A DNA stretch of 64,000 nt, from contig OZ296648.1 in assembly GCA_965655095.1 (NCBI GenBank), forward strand, positions 79,732,001 through 79,796,000, given 5' to 3'. Source of the stretch: Haplodiscus bocki (lineage: Eukaryota). The translations under genes were made by a program, and so were the position numbers. The notes beneath the pieces were generated by a model. It ran no database searches. It was not told where the DNA came from and worked only from the letters and a program-made list of their open reading frames with translations. This document shows positions 38,960 to 51,714 of this stretch, piece by piece (the stretch's first letter is position 1; each line of letters opens with the position of its first letter).

Positions 38960-40090
38960 AGTTGAAGTTTAATCTCAATTAGCAGTCTTTTCCAATTTTA
39001 TGCTTCCACCATTTTTCAATCGCAATGCTATAACTGCAGCGTGGAGGAACTGAATTTTTGGTATCGAACTTTGGAAGTGTTAATGCCGATCATTGTATTT
39101 CTTTTAATCGTTTGCACCATTACCAGTCTTGCTTTCGTGGCGAGCCAAATTGGTTAACACCGAACACACTGCGGGATTAACAATTCTTTAACACTCATTG
39201 ACTGACAAACATTGCTACATTGCTATCGAATGATGGATCAAGCGTAGTTCAGAGACCTAAGCACTGTAACTCGACCTGCAAGGAATCACCTTGCTGTTGA
39301 AACCTTGGATATCAACGCTGACTTTCCGAAATGAATTTGCAGTAGTAGTCTTGTAACATTGTCCCATATTAGCAGTTTGCCTGTCCACCACAAGTGTCAG
39401 GCATTCCACGGTCTCTTCTCTGAAGCCACTGCTTGGCTCGAACGCCAGTACCAGTACAAAGACAACGAAACCACCTCACACAATAGTGTCCATGATCATC
39501 TTGAGCTTTCTTTCCTCAGGCATGGATACAGCATGACCGCATTAAACTGTCGCCTCGGCAAATGTAGCAGTTTGTAGCGGTAAAGTGAATGTCGCATCCA
39601 AGGCTGCAGAGGAGTCACATAACCTAATTGGGAGGGAAAAATCACCCAGCTGTCGTAAAATTGCATCAACAAAAGAACAGGGTTCCCAATGTGGCGCCAG
39701 GCTGGCTGATTGGCAGGAGTGATAAATAAGGTCTCGTACCGTGTTAGGTTGAACAATTTGGACGAATCCAGAGCTGGAGCTACAAAACAACACGTGATTG
39801 CCGAAGAAGTTTTTCATTTTGTTTTTGCATAAAGAACAGACTATAGTTGTTTCAAAAACAGGGAGTTTCAGCCGTCGCCTAGGAGCCAAAAGACATTTAG
39901 ATGATAGCATGGAAAGTCCCAAATTCACGAGGCTTCAAGCTTGGAAGTAATCGGTTGCGAGTGGAAGCGTTCAGGATGAAGTTTTTGCTTTGGTAGGTAT
40001 GCAATTAGAAATGAATTTTTTCGTTCTGCGGTTTTTACTGGCAATCTTTTAACTTTCTTGTCAAAATTCACATCAGTCAGGCTTGTTCAG
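38960..40090 (-). mobile_element. CRE-like (RLE-type) non-LTR retrotransposon 3' fragment(s)
   Basis: NLGLSM...RRRLKLPVF...CSLC...FGNHVLFC (CCHC), NTVRDLIY...LAPHWE...GDFSLP...AALDATFTLPLQ (restriction-like endonuclease). A second KRP..LTLV.W.GKLLIWD motif follows. Confidence 0.75.
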
Positions 40091-40999
40091 ACTCAATGAT
40101 ACAGGATCGTATGTATACAGTGATTTAAAAACCTTTCTTTAAATGAAACTGTTTTGCGACAAATTTTCAATTGACTTTGTACCAAATGAGTAATCAAAAA
40201 ACATTCTAAATTTTTTCTGTAATAGTTACATGGCTGTGAAACACAGCTTCACCCCTGTGTCGAATCTTGTGCGAGGAGGCCAGCGATGATTCAGCGATGG
40301 TCCATCGCTGATCATGGAAAAAATTTGGAGAAAAATTCGTTGAAGTTGAGAACTCACATGTTCACGTGCTGAATATCCATAAAAGAAGTCAAAGGTATCA
40401 CAGTTTTGCAGGAATCAGGAACTGCGGTAGAAAATTTCGAAAACCCTTTACGGTTGCGTTTGTCAATTTTCGTCGAAAAAAAATTGGAAGGAAATTTTTC
40501 AATTCAGCATTTGGATTTTTTCCTTTTCCTAACTTTGCTCATGAGGCGCAGATTTTCTGCAGAATTTTTTATGTCCTGTATGATACATATTTGTGGGGAG
40601 TCACTACCGTCAGGAAGCCACAGGTAGGAATCCTGCTGTCGGCCATATTTTTTTCAGATTCTAAGAAACTAGTTAACACAATCCTATTTTTAATAGCCAA
40701 AAACGTTTTTTCAGCCAAAACGTTGGGTTTTTGAAAATTGGGATTTTTTTTCCCAGAAATTATCCATGTTCTGACATAAGTGAGAAAAAAACGTTTTTTC
40801 TTCAATGTTTTTCAAAACAGTGGGAAAAAACTTTCGACCTCCATAAAAACCGAAAAACAGTTTACATATCTGTCAAAAATTTCAACTATGATAGAAAATA
40901 TATAATCTTTCTTTTCAAGTTTTTGGTAGCAGCTTTTTCCGCTGTCCTAGTTCTTCCACTCCAAAAATACAAATTCAATCCGAAATTTTGGAACAAATC

Positions 41000-43790
41000 G
41001 TTCTGAGATTCCCACCTTGAGGGAATGCCAAAAAACGTGCTCCTAGAGGTTGCAAGTCATTTCTTCCAAAAAGTCAAGGTTCATTTTTTTCATCAAGTTC
41101 TCAATCGAAAGCTGACAATTGGTGAGAATCCACTCTTTTGAAGTTTTTGGACGTTTTTCATCAAATCAGAACCCTGATTGTCCGACAACTCCTAAAAGTG
41201 CTTTCAATATTGATTCATGTTGTTATTCGAACTCATGTTTTGCGGTAAATACAGGTTTGATTTTTTTCCACCAATATCTCTAACAAAATATTTGGAGACT
41301 TGGAGGAAGATTCGATTGAAAAATCGTTTGTTTTGAGCAATGCGTCAGAACCCTGGTATTCCGAAAAATCAAAAAAGTGATCTGAATTTTGATTTTTCTC
41401 GGTACTCAATTTCATTTATGTGCGTGACTAGAAGGCTCGATTTCTGCCATCAAGGTACAATCGCAGCTTCATCAGAGTTGAGCAGGTTTCCACGTAAAAA
41501 AAACATTCGTTTGGATCCTTGTATCACGGTTGTGATAAACCGGAAATTTCAACAAATGCTTTTGATATTGGTTTATATCGACAATCGAACTCATGTTTTT
41601 CCGTAACTACAGGTCTGTTTTCTTCCCTCTAATTCTCCTTCGAACGTTTTTGGTCGTAGAGGAGAAATGGAATGAAAACTTGAGTAAGTTGACGGTTGGA
41701 TCTGACCTTGACTGACCCAAATTTGCAAGAATTCTTACTAATATTGATTGTCTCGTTAATCGAACCCACCTTCCTGCGAAATTACAGCTTAGATTTTTCC
41801 AGTGAAGTTGCAATCGAGAAATTTACGTAGCCGGATGTAAATTCGGTTAAAAATTTGTTTAATTCGATCCTTGGTTCAGAATTCTGATTGTCCGAAGATG
41901 CCAGATTAGGCAATAAAATTTGATTTTTCCCATAAAATCAAGTTACCTTTTCCAAGCAACTACCTAAAATTTTTCATCAAGGTCTCGATCGAATTTTTCT
42001 CCAACTGTAAAAAACATTTCGACCAGAAAACTTTTAAATGTTTTTTAGCGTCAGAATCGAAAACTCCAGAGATGTTTAAAGAAAATTCACTTTTCACTCA
42101 CCTCGATTTTCAAATTCGTTTTTCTCGGTAAGTAAACACTAGATCTCCTCCATCAAGTTTTCAGTCGACCTTTTGTAATAGTGGGGCACATTGGATTTTC
42201 ATTTTTTGATCTGTGCTGGAATCATGATAGTCCGAGAATCCTAAATAGCTAACATTATTGAAACATTATATTTCCAACTCAGCTTCTGCCACAACTACCG
42301 GCTTGATCTCTCCCACCAATGTCAGAGTAAAATTTTTCCCAATTTTCGAGTGACGTTGGTCTTCAAAAACTATCAACTCCGTACCTGCATTGGAATTCTG
42401 ATGGATCAGTAATGCCAGAACTATTTGTAGTATGGACCCATCTGGCTTTTCGACTCCGTGTTTCTTCATAACTGCTGACTAGTTTTTTCTTTCAAGATCT
42501 CTTTATAAAGCTTCGATAATGTTTTGTAGTTTTACAGAGGTTAACTTTCATTGTCCTCCCTATAATGGAATTCTGATGGAACAAAACTTTAAGAAACTGG
42601 TGTTAGTTTTGATATGCCTCGATTTTCAAAAGCATGTTCCTTCAGCTCTACCTGCTTCATTTTTGATCAATAAGTCACTTGAAAGCTTTTAAATTGAGGA
42701 AGACTTCTTCCTTCTCAATATCATGAAAATTGTTTTTCACATCAGAATTGAATTTTTGATTGGACGAAATTGGCAAAACTGCTAACAGCTTAGACATATC
42801 ACGATAAATTTTTTTTCCAATTTTTTTTGGAATCTATAGTTTTGATTACTTTCTTCAAGTTATGGACGGGCAGAATTTCACTTTTATATGTCAGATGACT
42901 TCTATAACTAACAATCTTTTCCTTCGTTCAATTTATTAGAAGAAATCGAGAAGACAAAAAGTTCAAGTCCCATTAGTTTTTTTAATATCTGGATTATGAA
43001 ACCCAAATTTTTCTTTAAAAAACCACTCGACTTTTTCCGACAAGATCTTCATCAAGTTTTTTTTTCGTTGATGGGTTTGTGTCTGAACGTGATTTGTTGT
43101 ATGTTCAATCAATCTTTTTGAGCCTCATTGATGCAGCATATCGCTTTGCGATTGCGCCTCTTGTTTCAGGTTCTAGATGTTAATCATGGTTCCCATGGGC
43201 GTAATTCATATGGAGAGTATCATAAAAAAATTCAGACTTATCTCGGTTCGGAGTTTGATTTTGATGACTTTCAACTAAAATTTCAGACACAAAGTATTTT
43301 AGTAACGGAAACCTGTAGATAATATTCTGCAGGAGTCTTTGAATGTTATTTCTTCGGGAGTCTGCGATATATATTTTTGTGTACTTTTTAGGCAAAAAAT
43401 TATCTTGAAATCCATACTGTTTTGGTGCAAATCAAATAATTTTGTATGCAATGGCAATCAGAAAAGCTTTTAAAATTGGACAAGAGTAGGTGTTTTTTGT
43501 CAGAGTTCGCAAAAGTTAGCTCCTTGAGGGTTTGCGACAGACAGTTTTTTTTTCTTCAGTTTACGTGTTCTTCAAGAAATTTTCCATTGGAAACGCTTAT
43601 TACTTCTGGTAAACGTACAACTTCTTCGTGCAATAGAAACTTGATTGAAGCTAACGGCAAGCAATAACATGGAAAAAACAGCAAACATTTTTGAACATAA
43701 AGTTTCATAAAAATGAAGCCTCGAGTGATTCCCATAGGCAAAAAAAACGTATTTTGCAACCCATGTAAGCTTTAAAAAACAGGCAGCACT
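41000..43790 (-). pseudogene. TRIM-like pseudogene C with C-terminal ~180-bp repeat array
   Basis: B-box-like CLSQTLKELTFA...DCHC at 43445-43545, matching copy B. One open repeat unit in ORF 42266-42469 (LALLIHQNSNAG...TLVGEIKPVVV). The downstream flank is homologous to those of copies A and B. Confidence 0.5.
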
Positions 43791-46700
43791 AAAAGGGGTG
43801 GCCGAATTGTTTGCCGAATTATAGTTCCATGTCTGACTAGCGCTGATGCAGCGACGATCGGGAAACAAAACTGTCATGGACTAGGGGTAAAATCATCGAT
43901 GGGATATCGATGCAGTGATTTCCAATACTCTCACTAACTAAATGGCAAACTTTTCAAACTGTTTTCTAAAATTCAAGGGGGTTAAGTTTTTTGAACGAGT
44001 ATTAGAACACTAAAATTTTACCTTTTCTTGCACAAACATTACTTTTACGTTTCAAAACTTATACAAATACATAAAAACGGCTGAAAAAATCATCTGGACT
44101 GGAAGTAAACATTCGGTCCGTGTTGCGTTGGCCAGAGTCAAATCTCAATGTACGAAAAACCAGCAATTAGGTTGTTGGCGCTGGCATAGCGCTCAAGTTT
44201 CATCCAAGTATGGGGGTATGGATACTACGCCTCGTGACAGTTTTAAAATAATGATGTTTATGTAAGTTATCTAATTAGGTCCATCATTGGACTAATGGGC
44301 AAGAGGTGTGCCTTGAGTCTGCAGTGGCACAGCGGAGACCTAAAATATGCTTCCAACATACGGTATTTACAAACTGTACATGTAATATTTCATCATATAA
44401 ATCCGCGCTGAGCTGGCAAGACTCGAAACGTGGATCCAAATGTTTAGCCATGAAGACTTGAATACTGTATTGAGTGGTTACGAAATACTTCCCCTCGTTC
44501 AGTAAACGTTTGGCTTTTTCCTGGCGCTGATTGGACGATTAGAATGATTGTGGAACATTTAGGTTCTGATATTTTGTTTAATAGCGTTGATTCAAATTGG
44601 GCCTATAACAAACATCTACGTCCATGTAGCGCTACGAAACAAGTCCACCAGACAATACCTGCGCGTGCGTAGCGCTGTAACATGCCTCCTTTTTTTGAAA
44701 ATTGGCTTTTGAAGGGTTTGTTGGTAATTCTTCATATCGTTTTTTCTCCAGAAAGGTCTTCTCGAGTGTCTTCCACGGTTTTTGCAAATTTTTTTTTGAT
44801 TCTGCGGCAGTCCTCTGTTTCGGAAAGTATTTCCTTGGGTTGCGGCTTGCAAAAATTGGTTTTTTGTACGGTTCGGCTCATTTGTTGTGACGAGGTCAAT
44901 AGAGTACGGTAGCGTGTCCATTGCAGCTTCTGCAATGTCGTTGTCCGCTATCTCGCGGAGGCTTCTCATTTCGTATTTGCTTATCATGACTCGAACATCC
45001 TGATTGGTGAGGAGACTGGCGGTAGCGTAATCTTGACGTCCATTGCTGAATGTTCTGTTTCAGGTAGAAAAGTGGGACTTGTAGTGCGTAACCGTGCATT
45101 GGCGTTTGTTAGTGTTCAATTACGCTTGGTCCGCCATATTACCGTTAGACAAGGATGTTGTTTCGGTTTTTGGTAGGAAGTTGCTGTTATGTGTTTTGTT
45201 TTAATGTTTAACAATTTTTTCATTAAGTATATTGGTGTATTTTAATTATCAGATCGTGATTTGAATTTTTGTTTTGCGTGTGTGTCATGGACAGTGGAGG
45301 TGCTTCTGTTGCCACCTGATTTGATCATTCGTCTGATGACATTCTCGATGCTGAAAAGATTTGTGATTTGCAAGTCAATGTCACCGTGTGGCAATCGTTT
45401 GATGGTCATCGAGATGTGTATATTTGATGAGTCAGTGGTCGTGGATGTGTCTGATTGACTAAACTTGGCATGACTTTTTGTCCCTGTCGATTTAGTCTTC
45501 AGACGCGTCTTTTTATCCATTGAGTGTTTCAGGCTGTAAAAATTCTAGTGTCCTATCAGTGGCGGACGAAGGGTCCTGTTCTGAGGCTGCTGTGAGTGTC
45601 GTCTTTGTGACAGCAGAAAAGTTACTTTTTAGTAGTGACGCCAGCATTGTGCCGGCACCACCTCGTTCGCCCCGCTTGAAAGTCATCTTCGGTGGTAATT
45701 TGGAACAAAACTACAAAAAATTTAGTCACATGGAAAGTTAGCCCCGTTGTATTAGAGTCCATTGAATTTCGAGTTTTCAGCGGTCTTCTCAACATTTTCG
45801 TTTTTCAGGGAATGTAGTGAGCGGGTCATTGTATGATATTCCTGGGACGTCAGCGCAACCATGCGCTTTGGGTCACTCAGCAGAGGTGAGTTCTTTTGAT
45901 GGGATCTCTACTGTTGAAGAAAAGGCTTACACCCGTACCGATACTGAGGTTGTTTCACTCCCAGGAGAAGCAAAACTGTGCTTAACGATGAAGTAACCAA
46001 AGCGAAACCGTGTAGCTCCTTAGGTGAAGGCATTAACGATTTCCGTTTCCTTGCTTGTAGTGTAATGCATTTCTTTTCACCGTCATCGTTTTTTTTATAT
46101 AGTTAAATGCTTTCGATTGAGATAAATCCTCTGCCACAGTCATCAGGTTGTCAGCACCTCAAGTCTGGAAGTTGATTTTTGGCGCTGCAGATCTGCTCAG
46201 TCACATACTGAGAAAGTGCTGAAGCGTTGATACACCTTACGCGTTTTGTTGCATTCTTTGGGATCAGTTAGCTTAGTTGTTGTTGTTGTTTTAGGTGTAA
46301 CTAAAAATTTGGAGCATCTAGAGTCAAGGTATCACGTCAACCCTTCTGAGACTAACACAAAGTATGACACTGAAGTGAAGGATGAAGTTTTGTTTTCGCC
46401 AAAGAAGCTTCGTAAAAAGATAGGACGAAAGAAGGGTTATTCAGAGGCTGACGCTTAGCCTAGGTTTGATAAGGTCACTGCAGACTTCTAAACTGAGCCT
46501 TGGATGGATGCTTTTGTGGCTGGTCCTGAAGGCGGCGATGAGCACGTGTTCTACTGTTTGATTAGTGAAAACGATGTTTCTGTGCGTGTTAAGGGCGTTT
46601 GTGATCTGTTGCACCGTTATGAACGCAATACTCCATGTGCTCGTGATCAGCGGTTTTGAATTCTGATCATGGTGTTGTGTACAATGAGTTGGGTTCTAGC

Positions 46701-47099
46701 ATCAAGAATATGGATCTTAAACTGCGTGCTGAAATCTTCTCCCGCCACCCTGCTATGCAATGGACAAAGCATTCTTTTTTTGGGGTCTTGTTGACGTACA
46801 TGAGAATGTTTCTAGTCGCCTGCGTTTCATGACATTCTTGGGTGCATTTGTGGAGTTGTTTCGTCATGGTGAGCGTTACGAGTTGTTGAGACTGCAGTGG
46901 GAGTCAATTTCGTGCTACTTCAAGAAAACAAAATGTGCAGTACAATGTCTCCTGGAGCAAACCAAAAACTATCGTAAACTTTTATGCGGTTATCATCAGT
47001 TGTAAAAGTAGTAGTCGTATTAGTATTGTTATCGGTGACAAAATGAAATCTTATAATATTTAGTAGTATAAAGTAGGTTTTGGTAGCATGATATATTAA

Positions 47100-47900
47100 A
47101 GCCTTAAGGACTTTAGCTTGTCAATTTAAACTGGACGCGCAGTTTTCAAAATTTTGAACCACAATGACTACCAAATTTAATTGTGGGTTGATTCACAAAT
47201 CCCAAAAACATTCATTAAGACTTTCAGAGAACTTCTAGAAACGTTTCTTTATCAAGTAGTAGATGACATTTTTTGGTGTCGTTTCGAACTTTCTGTTGGC
47301 TACAGGGCCAATATGAAGCATCATCAAACCTTTAAAATGGGTTTCACACCAAGTGGGTAGTAAGAGTGTCTGTCGGGCATAAGTGACAGCTGTGACCAAA
47401 AAAATCACAACGAAATGAACCATTGTACAAGCTGAATGTTAATTTGAAGAAGTTCTCAGTTTGGGGATCACATATTGTCACCCATAAGAAGATCCACAAC
47501 AAGAACGTAGCCTCTAGAGGGTCTCGTAGATAGTTTAAAGACGATAATTTAGGATCAATGTCTATAAATTTTGGTGGTTGATGAAAATTAGATGAGAAAG
47601 CTACTATGCAAGTGCTTCAACTTGAAATAACCATGCAGCCAATTTGTCAAGTGCTTCATCTTGGCCTCAGTGAGATTACCAAGCTCGTGGATTAACTGCA
47701 GTTCTGGCCTTAGTCGGATAAACCAAATTTAGTTAACTCGAGACTGCCGACTGCAATAAATTTAACCTGCGTTTCTAAAACTATTCTATTTCTATGTTCT
47801 TCTTCTGTAACTGGTGATTCCTTACTTTTTATAAAAATTTAAACAATAAAACTGAAGATCCACAAGTTTTCTCACTGAGAGGTAAAATTGATAACCCCTC
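47100..47900 (-). mobile_element. Penelope-like element RT remnant
   Basis: Broken minus frames in the correct order: LRP(E)L, DKLAAWL, GDNM*SP (=MGSP), KP...RFDD.CF, FLGFVNQPTIKF. Confidence 0.5.
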
Positions 47901-47943
47901 AATGCAAGACCGATCCTCAACCCCAAAAAACAAGAGTACAGTA

Positions 47944-48747
47944 CCCGGGTTGACTTCCATAAAAAAACATTGAACTCATAAACTGTCATGAATGGTGGTG
48001 TATGAAGACATGAATGTCATACACTGTGCCATAAAGAAAAGTGGATGTCATGATATTCATAAACAGTCCATAAAATGGTGCAGTTTATGACTTTCATGGC
48101 TTCATACAACAAATGTATGACTCAACTAATGGCAAAATTTCACACCAAATATTATGCTTTTGGAGCTGGTTTCCAATTTTACTTGCTCATTCGGGGCCGA
48201 TTTTGTAATGTTGAACAAGTTGAATTCCTTGGTGTGGATTTCATCAAGAACCGGGGTTTGTTCCTTGAAACGTTTTCTACTTGTTTTTGTGGTTTTGGAG
48301 CTTGTTTCTAGTTTCTCTGTTATTTTGGGGCCAATTTTGCACCTGCTCGTCGGTGGCCCTCCGAGTGTCAAGACCTTGTACTTGGCCAGCTGAGACTGAA
48401 GAGATGTTGAACAAGCTGAATTCCTTGACGTGCATTTCCCTGAGAGTCAGATTTTGTTCCTACAATCTTTTTTCATTAGTTTTTTTGCTTGTGGTGCTTC
48501 AATGGTCATTGTATGATGCCATTCGATTCAGTAACTGGTCATAAAGATTGTCATTCAAGTCATTCATTGGTCATTATATGATGTCATGCCATTCAGGAAC
48601 TGGTCATCAAGATTTATATTGAAGTCATTCAATGGTCATTATATGATGTCATGAATATCATTGCAAGATCATTAACTGTTTTTTTGTATGGAAGTTTATG
48701 GTCCATAAACTGGACAGTGTATGACTTTCATGTTAGGTCAACTCGGG
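47944..48747. mobile_element. Non-autonomous TIR element with the same tip as 33160-34857
   Basis: TA-CCCGGGTTGAC ... GTCAACTCGGG-TA. Subterminal repeats are built on TCAT/ATGA/TCATGA. Confidence 0.85.
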
Positions 48748-49484
48748 TACCCAATAAAACCATAAGATGTCTTCACAGGAATGAGAAAAGATTCTAAGAG
48801 GATTCTAAAACACATGCACAGGGGAACAATAATAAGATCATACAGAAGAGAATGCATACAGGTATGGACAAGTTAACGCATCCTTCCTAATGATTAAATG
48901 TTATTTCAAAAGGATCCGAAAGTCCATCAAGATTAATAACTAACTGAATAGCATCGAATATAAAATTATCAAAAAACAACAGTTTGAGGCTCAGATTTTA
49001 CCCCACAGGGGGATGCACTGTGTCTTCCGTGAAGATCTACAAAAAGGAGTGTAAAATAAATTATTCAATAAATTGAACACAAATTCAATAAATTGAATTG
49101 AAAAGATATTGAAATGAGTTGAAATTGATTATAAACTGTATTCATATGATTGACAGCTAGACAAATTCAATTTGATAGGAAGTGGAACAACAAGCAACAA
49201 CTACAGTAGTGTTTTAAAATAAAGGAGCTTCAGAGCGTTACAGAAGCTATTTAGCCAATAGGATCCTGTGATATATTTTGTTTGAATAATTAATTTAAAT
49301 AGATATTGCAAATTTTCAGAATACAATTTTTAAAATTTATCTTGAAATATGTAACTCTAAGGGTCATTAAATAAAAACAGAAAATTTAAGCGCAAATGGA
49401 AATATTTTTGAAAAGTAAGTATATTATTGGTTTCAAAATATTTAGGGGATCATTTACGTAGAAAAAATGTCCAAAACTTTTTCC

Positions 49485-49540
49485 GGATCTTTTCTGTTAA
49501 CTCCCCCCCCCCCCCCCACTGATTTAACTCCCCCCCCCCC

Positions 49541-49580
<40 letters not shown>

Positions 49581-49730
49581 ATAATGGATATGCGAAATAA
49601 TAAGCGGTGTAATGTTTTAACTCACGCGCGAGTGAATTTTAGCCAATCAGAGACGAGTTCGCTGCTACTTGGGGGGAAGTTGAATTTTGAGCTTCTACTG
49701 TAGGGGGGGGGGAGTTAACAGAAAAGATCT
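49485..49730. mobile_element. MITE with ~26-bp TIRs and 8-bp TSD (MULE- or Merlin-like)
   Basis: GGATCTTTTCTGTTAACTCCCCCCCC ... GGGGGGGGAGTTAACAGAAAAGATCT, flanked by CTTTTTCC on both sides. Contains poly-C and (CA)n. Confidence 0.85.
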
Positions 49731-50929
49731 CTTTTTCCTTCAGGCCTTCAAAGATCAAAAATCAGCGAAATTTATCTAAAATTCTCGAAAAGAAACCATT
49801 TATAGTTTCGCTGCATTGGTCGCAAAAATTCAAAACAAAAACGAACGTAAAATAGATGAAAATCAAAGAAATTTTTCTTCCTACCTAAAGTAACCATTTC
49901 ATATAGTTTCAGAAACATTGATGCTACAGTTGATCGTATGCATAGGAGATCCATTCTTAAAAACGCTTCTGTAGTTAATTGTGTTATCACAAGCGTAACA
50001 TTTCAGCCAATCAGAATCAAGAATTCCCGTTCCCCAATTGTATCTGCCATAATGATGGATCCAAACTATGTACTCAACTACATAGTTATGTCAAAACACA
50101 TGAAAGCACAAATCTGAAATTCGAATTTCACAAAAACGATTAAGTTTTCCGAAAAATGCCCTTTCTAAAAGTTTCTGAGAATTTCATCTTGTTGACAATT
50201 GTTTTTGTTTTAAAATTTTGCGACAATGCAGCAAAAGTTATAAATGGCTTCTTTTTATTTTATTCAAATATCCCGTATTTATTCATTACTGTCAAAATTG
50301 CGAAAATAGTTAAAAGCTATATTGTACAATTTTGTCAGAAGTTGGCGGTTTTCCCCATTTTTGATCCACTGTACATGTACACTCATTATCTTTTATAAGA
50401 ACACATTTATTGAAATCGAGCCTAAATCGCTCTCCAGGAAAACAACAATTTGAGTCGCAATTGTTCTTGAAGTGTTTTTAGTCTACATGTATGACGTAAT
50501 TATTGCTCAGTCTATGAAAACACTGAGTTCTACAGCAGCTATTGATGATTACGGTGGATTCCCAAATGACACAAGACCAGTAAACATAAAATTGAAAAGA
50601 GTCTCAGAAAACATAAATTCAAATGGAGTCGCAGTAAACATAAAATTGAAAAGAGTCTCAAAAAACATAAATTCAAATCGAGTCTCAGTAAACATAAAAT
50701 TGAAAAGAGTCGCAGAAAACATAAGAAAATATTAGGTGAAAAAAATTGTAGTTAATTTTCGAAAGTACTCAAATTTGTTTTCAAGCTATATATTCTGGCA
50801 AACATGACTGATATTTGTCCAATAGTCGTCGATATTCAATTTCTCGATTTGAATCGATTTTTTAAATTGATTAAAATCGTTCAGGTCTCGCCATTTTTTC
50901 TTTGGGGAGGACTGCGGTATCCGAGTCTC

Positions 50930-51644
50930 TACTGCAAATAATTGGCTTTTGCCAGTTTTTCTTCTTTTTGCAGAGTTTTCAAAAAAAATCTAAGAAATTG
51001 GTTCCACTTTTTTTCCCACTCTGACAATGAATCTGTTACTATATCCCTCGCATGCGTTGATTGTACGTAAAATAGGAGGGCGCGCATAGACATTCTACAC
51101 ATTCGGGGGGAAAGTGGTGAACCATGTGTGTTCGAAATACTGAAGGAAAAAAAAGAGTTGTGGATAGGCGTTTTTCAAAAATCGAGCGTTTGTGCTTTGC
51201 GTCAGTTGATAAAACTTTTGGCGAACATAAAAGACTGGCAGATAACCGAGTGCAAAAATTTGCTCAAAAATCGGTTCAGAAGTGGATCATCCCTGTAGTG
51301 AATGAATAATCCGAGATCTTTCATCTTTTTCAAAAGGGCCTTTGTAAAATGGAAATAACAGCCCCATAAGCGGACTTGCGTAACGGGTTACGATCGATTT
51401 CTTTCAAAAATTTCCGCCGCTTTTCGAGCATGTTGTTGTATTCGATGTTTTTGATTTGATTATGCTCGGGAAAGGGCCCTGATAAAATAGTATCTCTGTC
51501 AAAATTTGTTGGAATACGGCTCAAACAATTTGAATTTACGCAACGCCAATATATTTTTTCTTTATACTTGCTATTCATGGCATAATTGAATTTTTGGTAA
51601 TGTAAATTAAAGCCCCTGCCTTTCTTGTATAATTTTATGTACAT
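50930..51644 (-). pseudogene. MULE transposase remnant: FLYWCH domain joined to the C-terminal helical region
   Basis: KGRGFNLHYQKFNY...IYWRCVNSNCLSRI...EHN (FLYWCH), then ALGYLP...FLQYFEHTW...NVYARPPILRTINACEGY...LQKEEK. Further partial copies at 54090-54550 (+) and 56215-56430 (+). Confidence 0.8.
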
Positions 51645-51714
51645 TCTGAATCGAAGTTTCTATTTGGTAACGAACGGTGGCTTTCCATTAATCCGCGTCC
51701 CGGGGGACTGTGTG

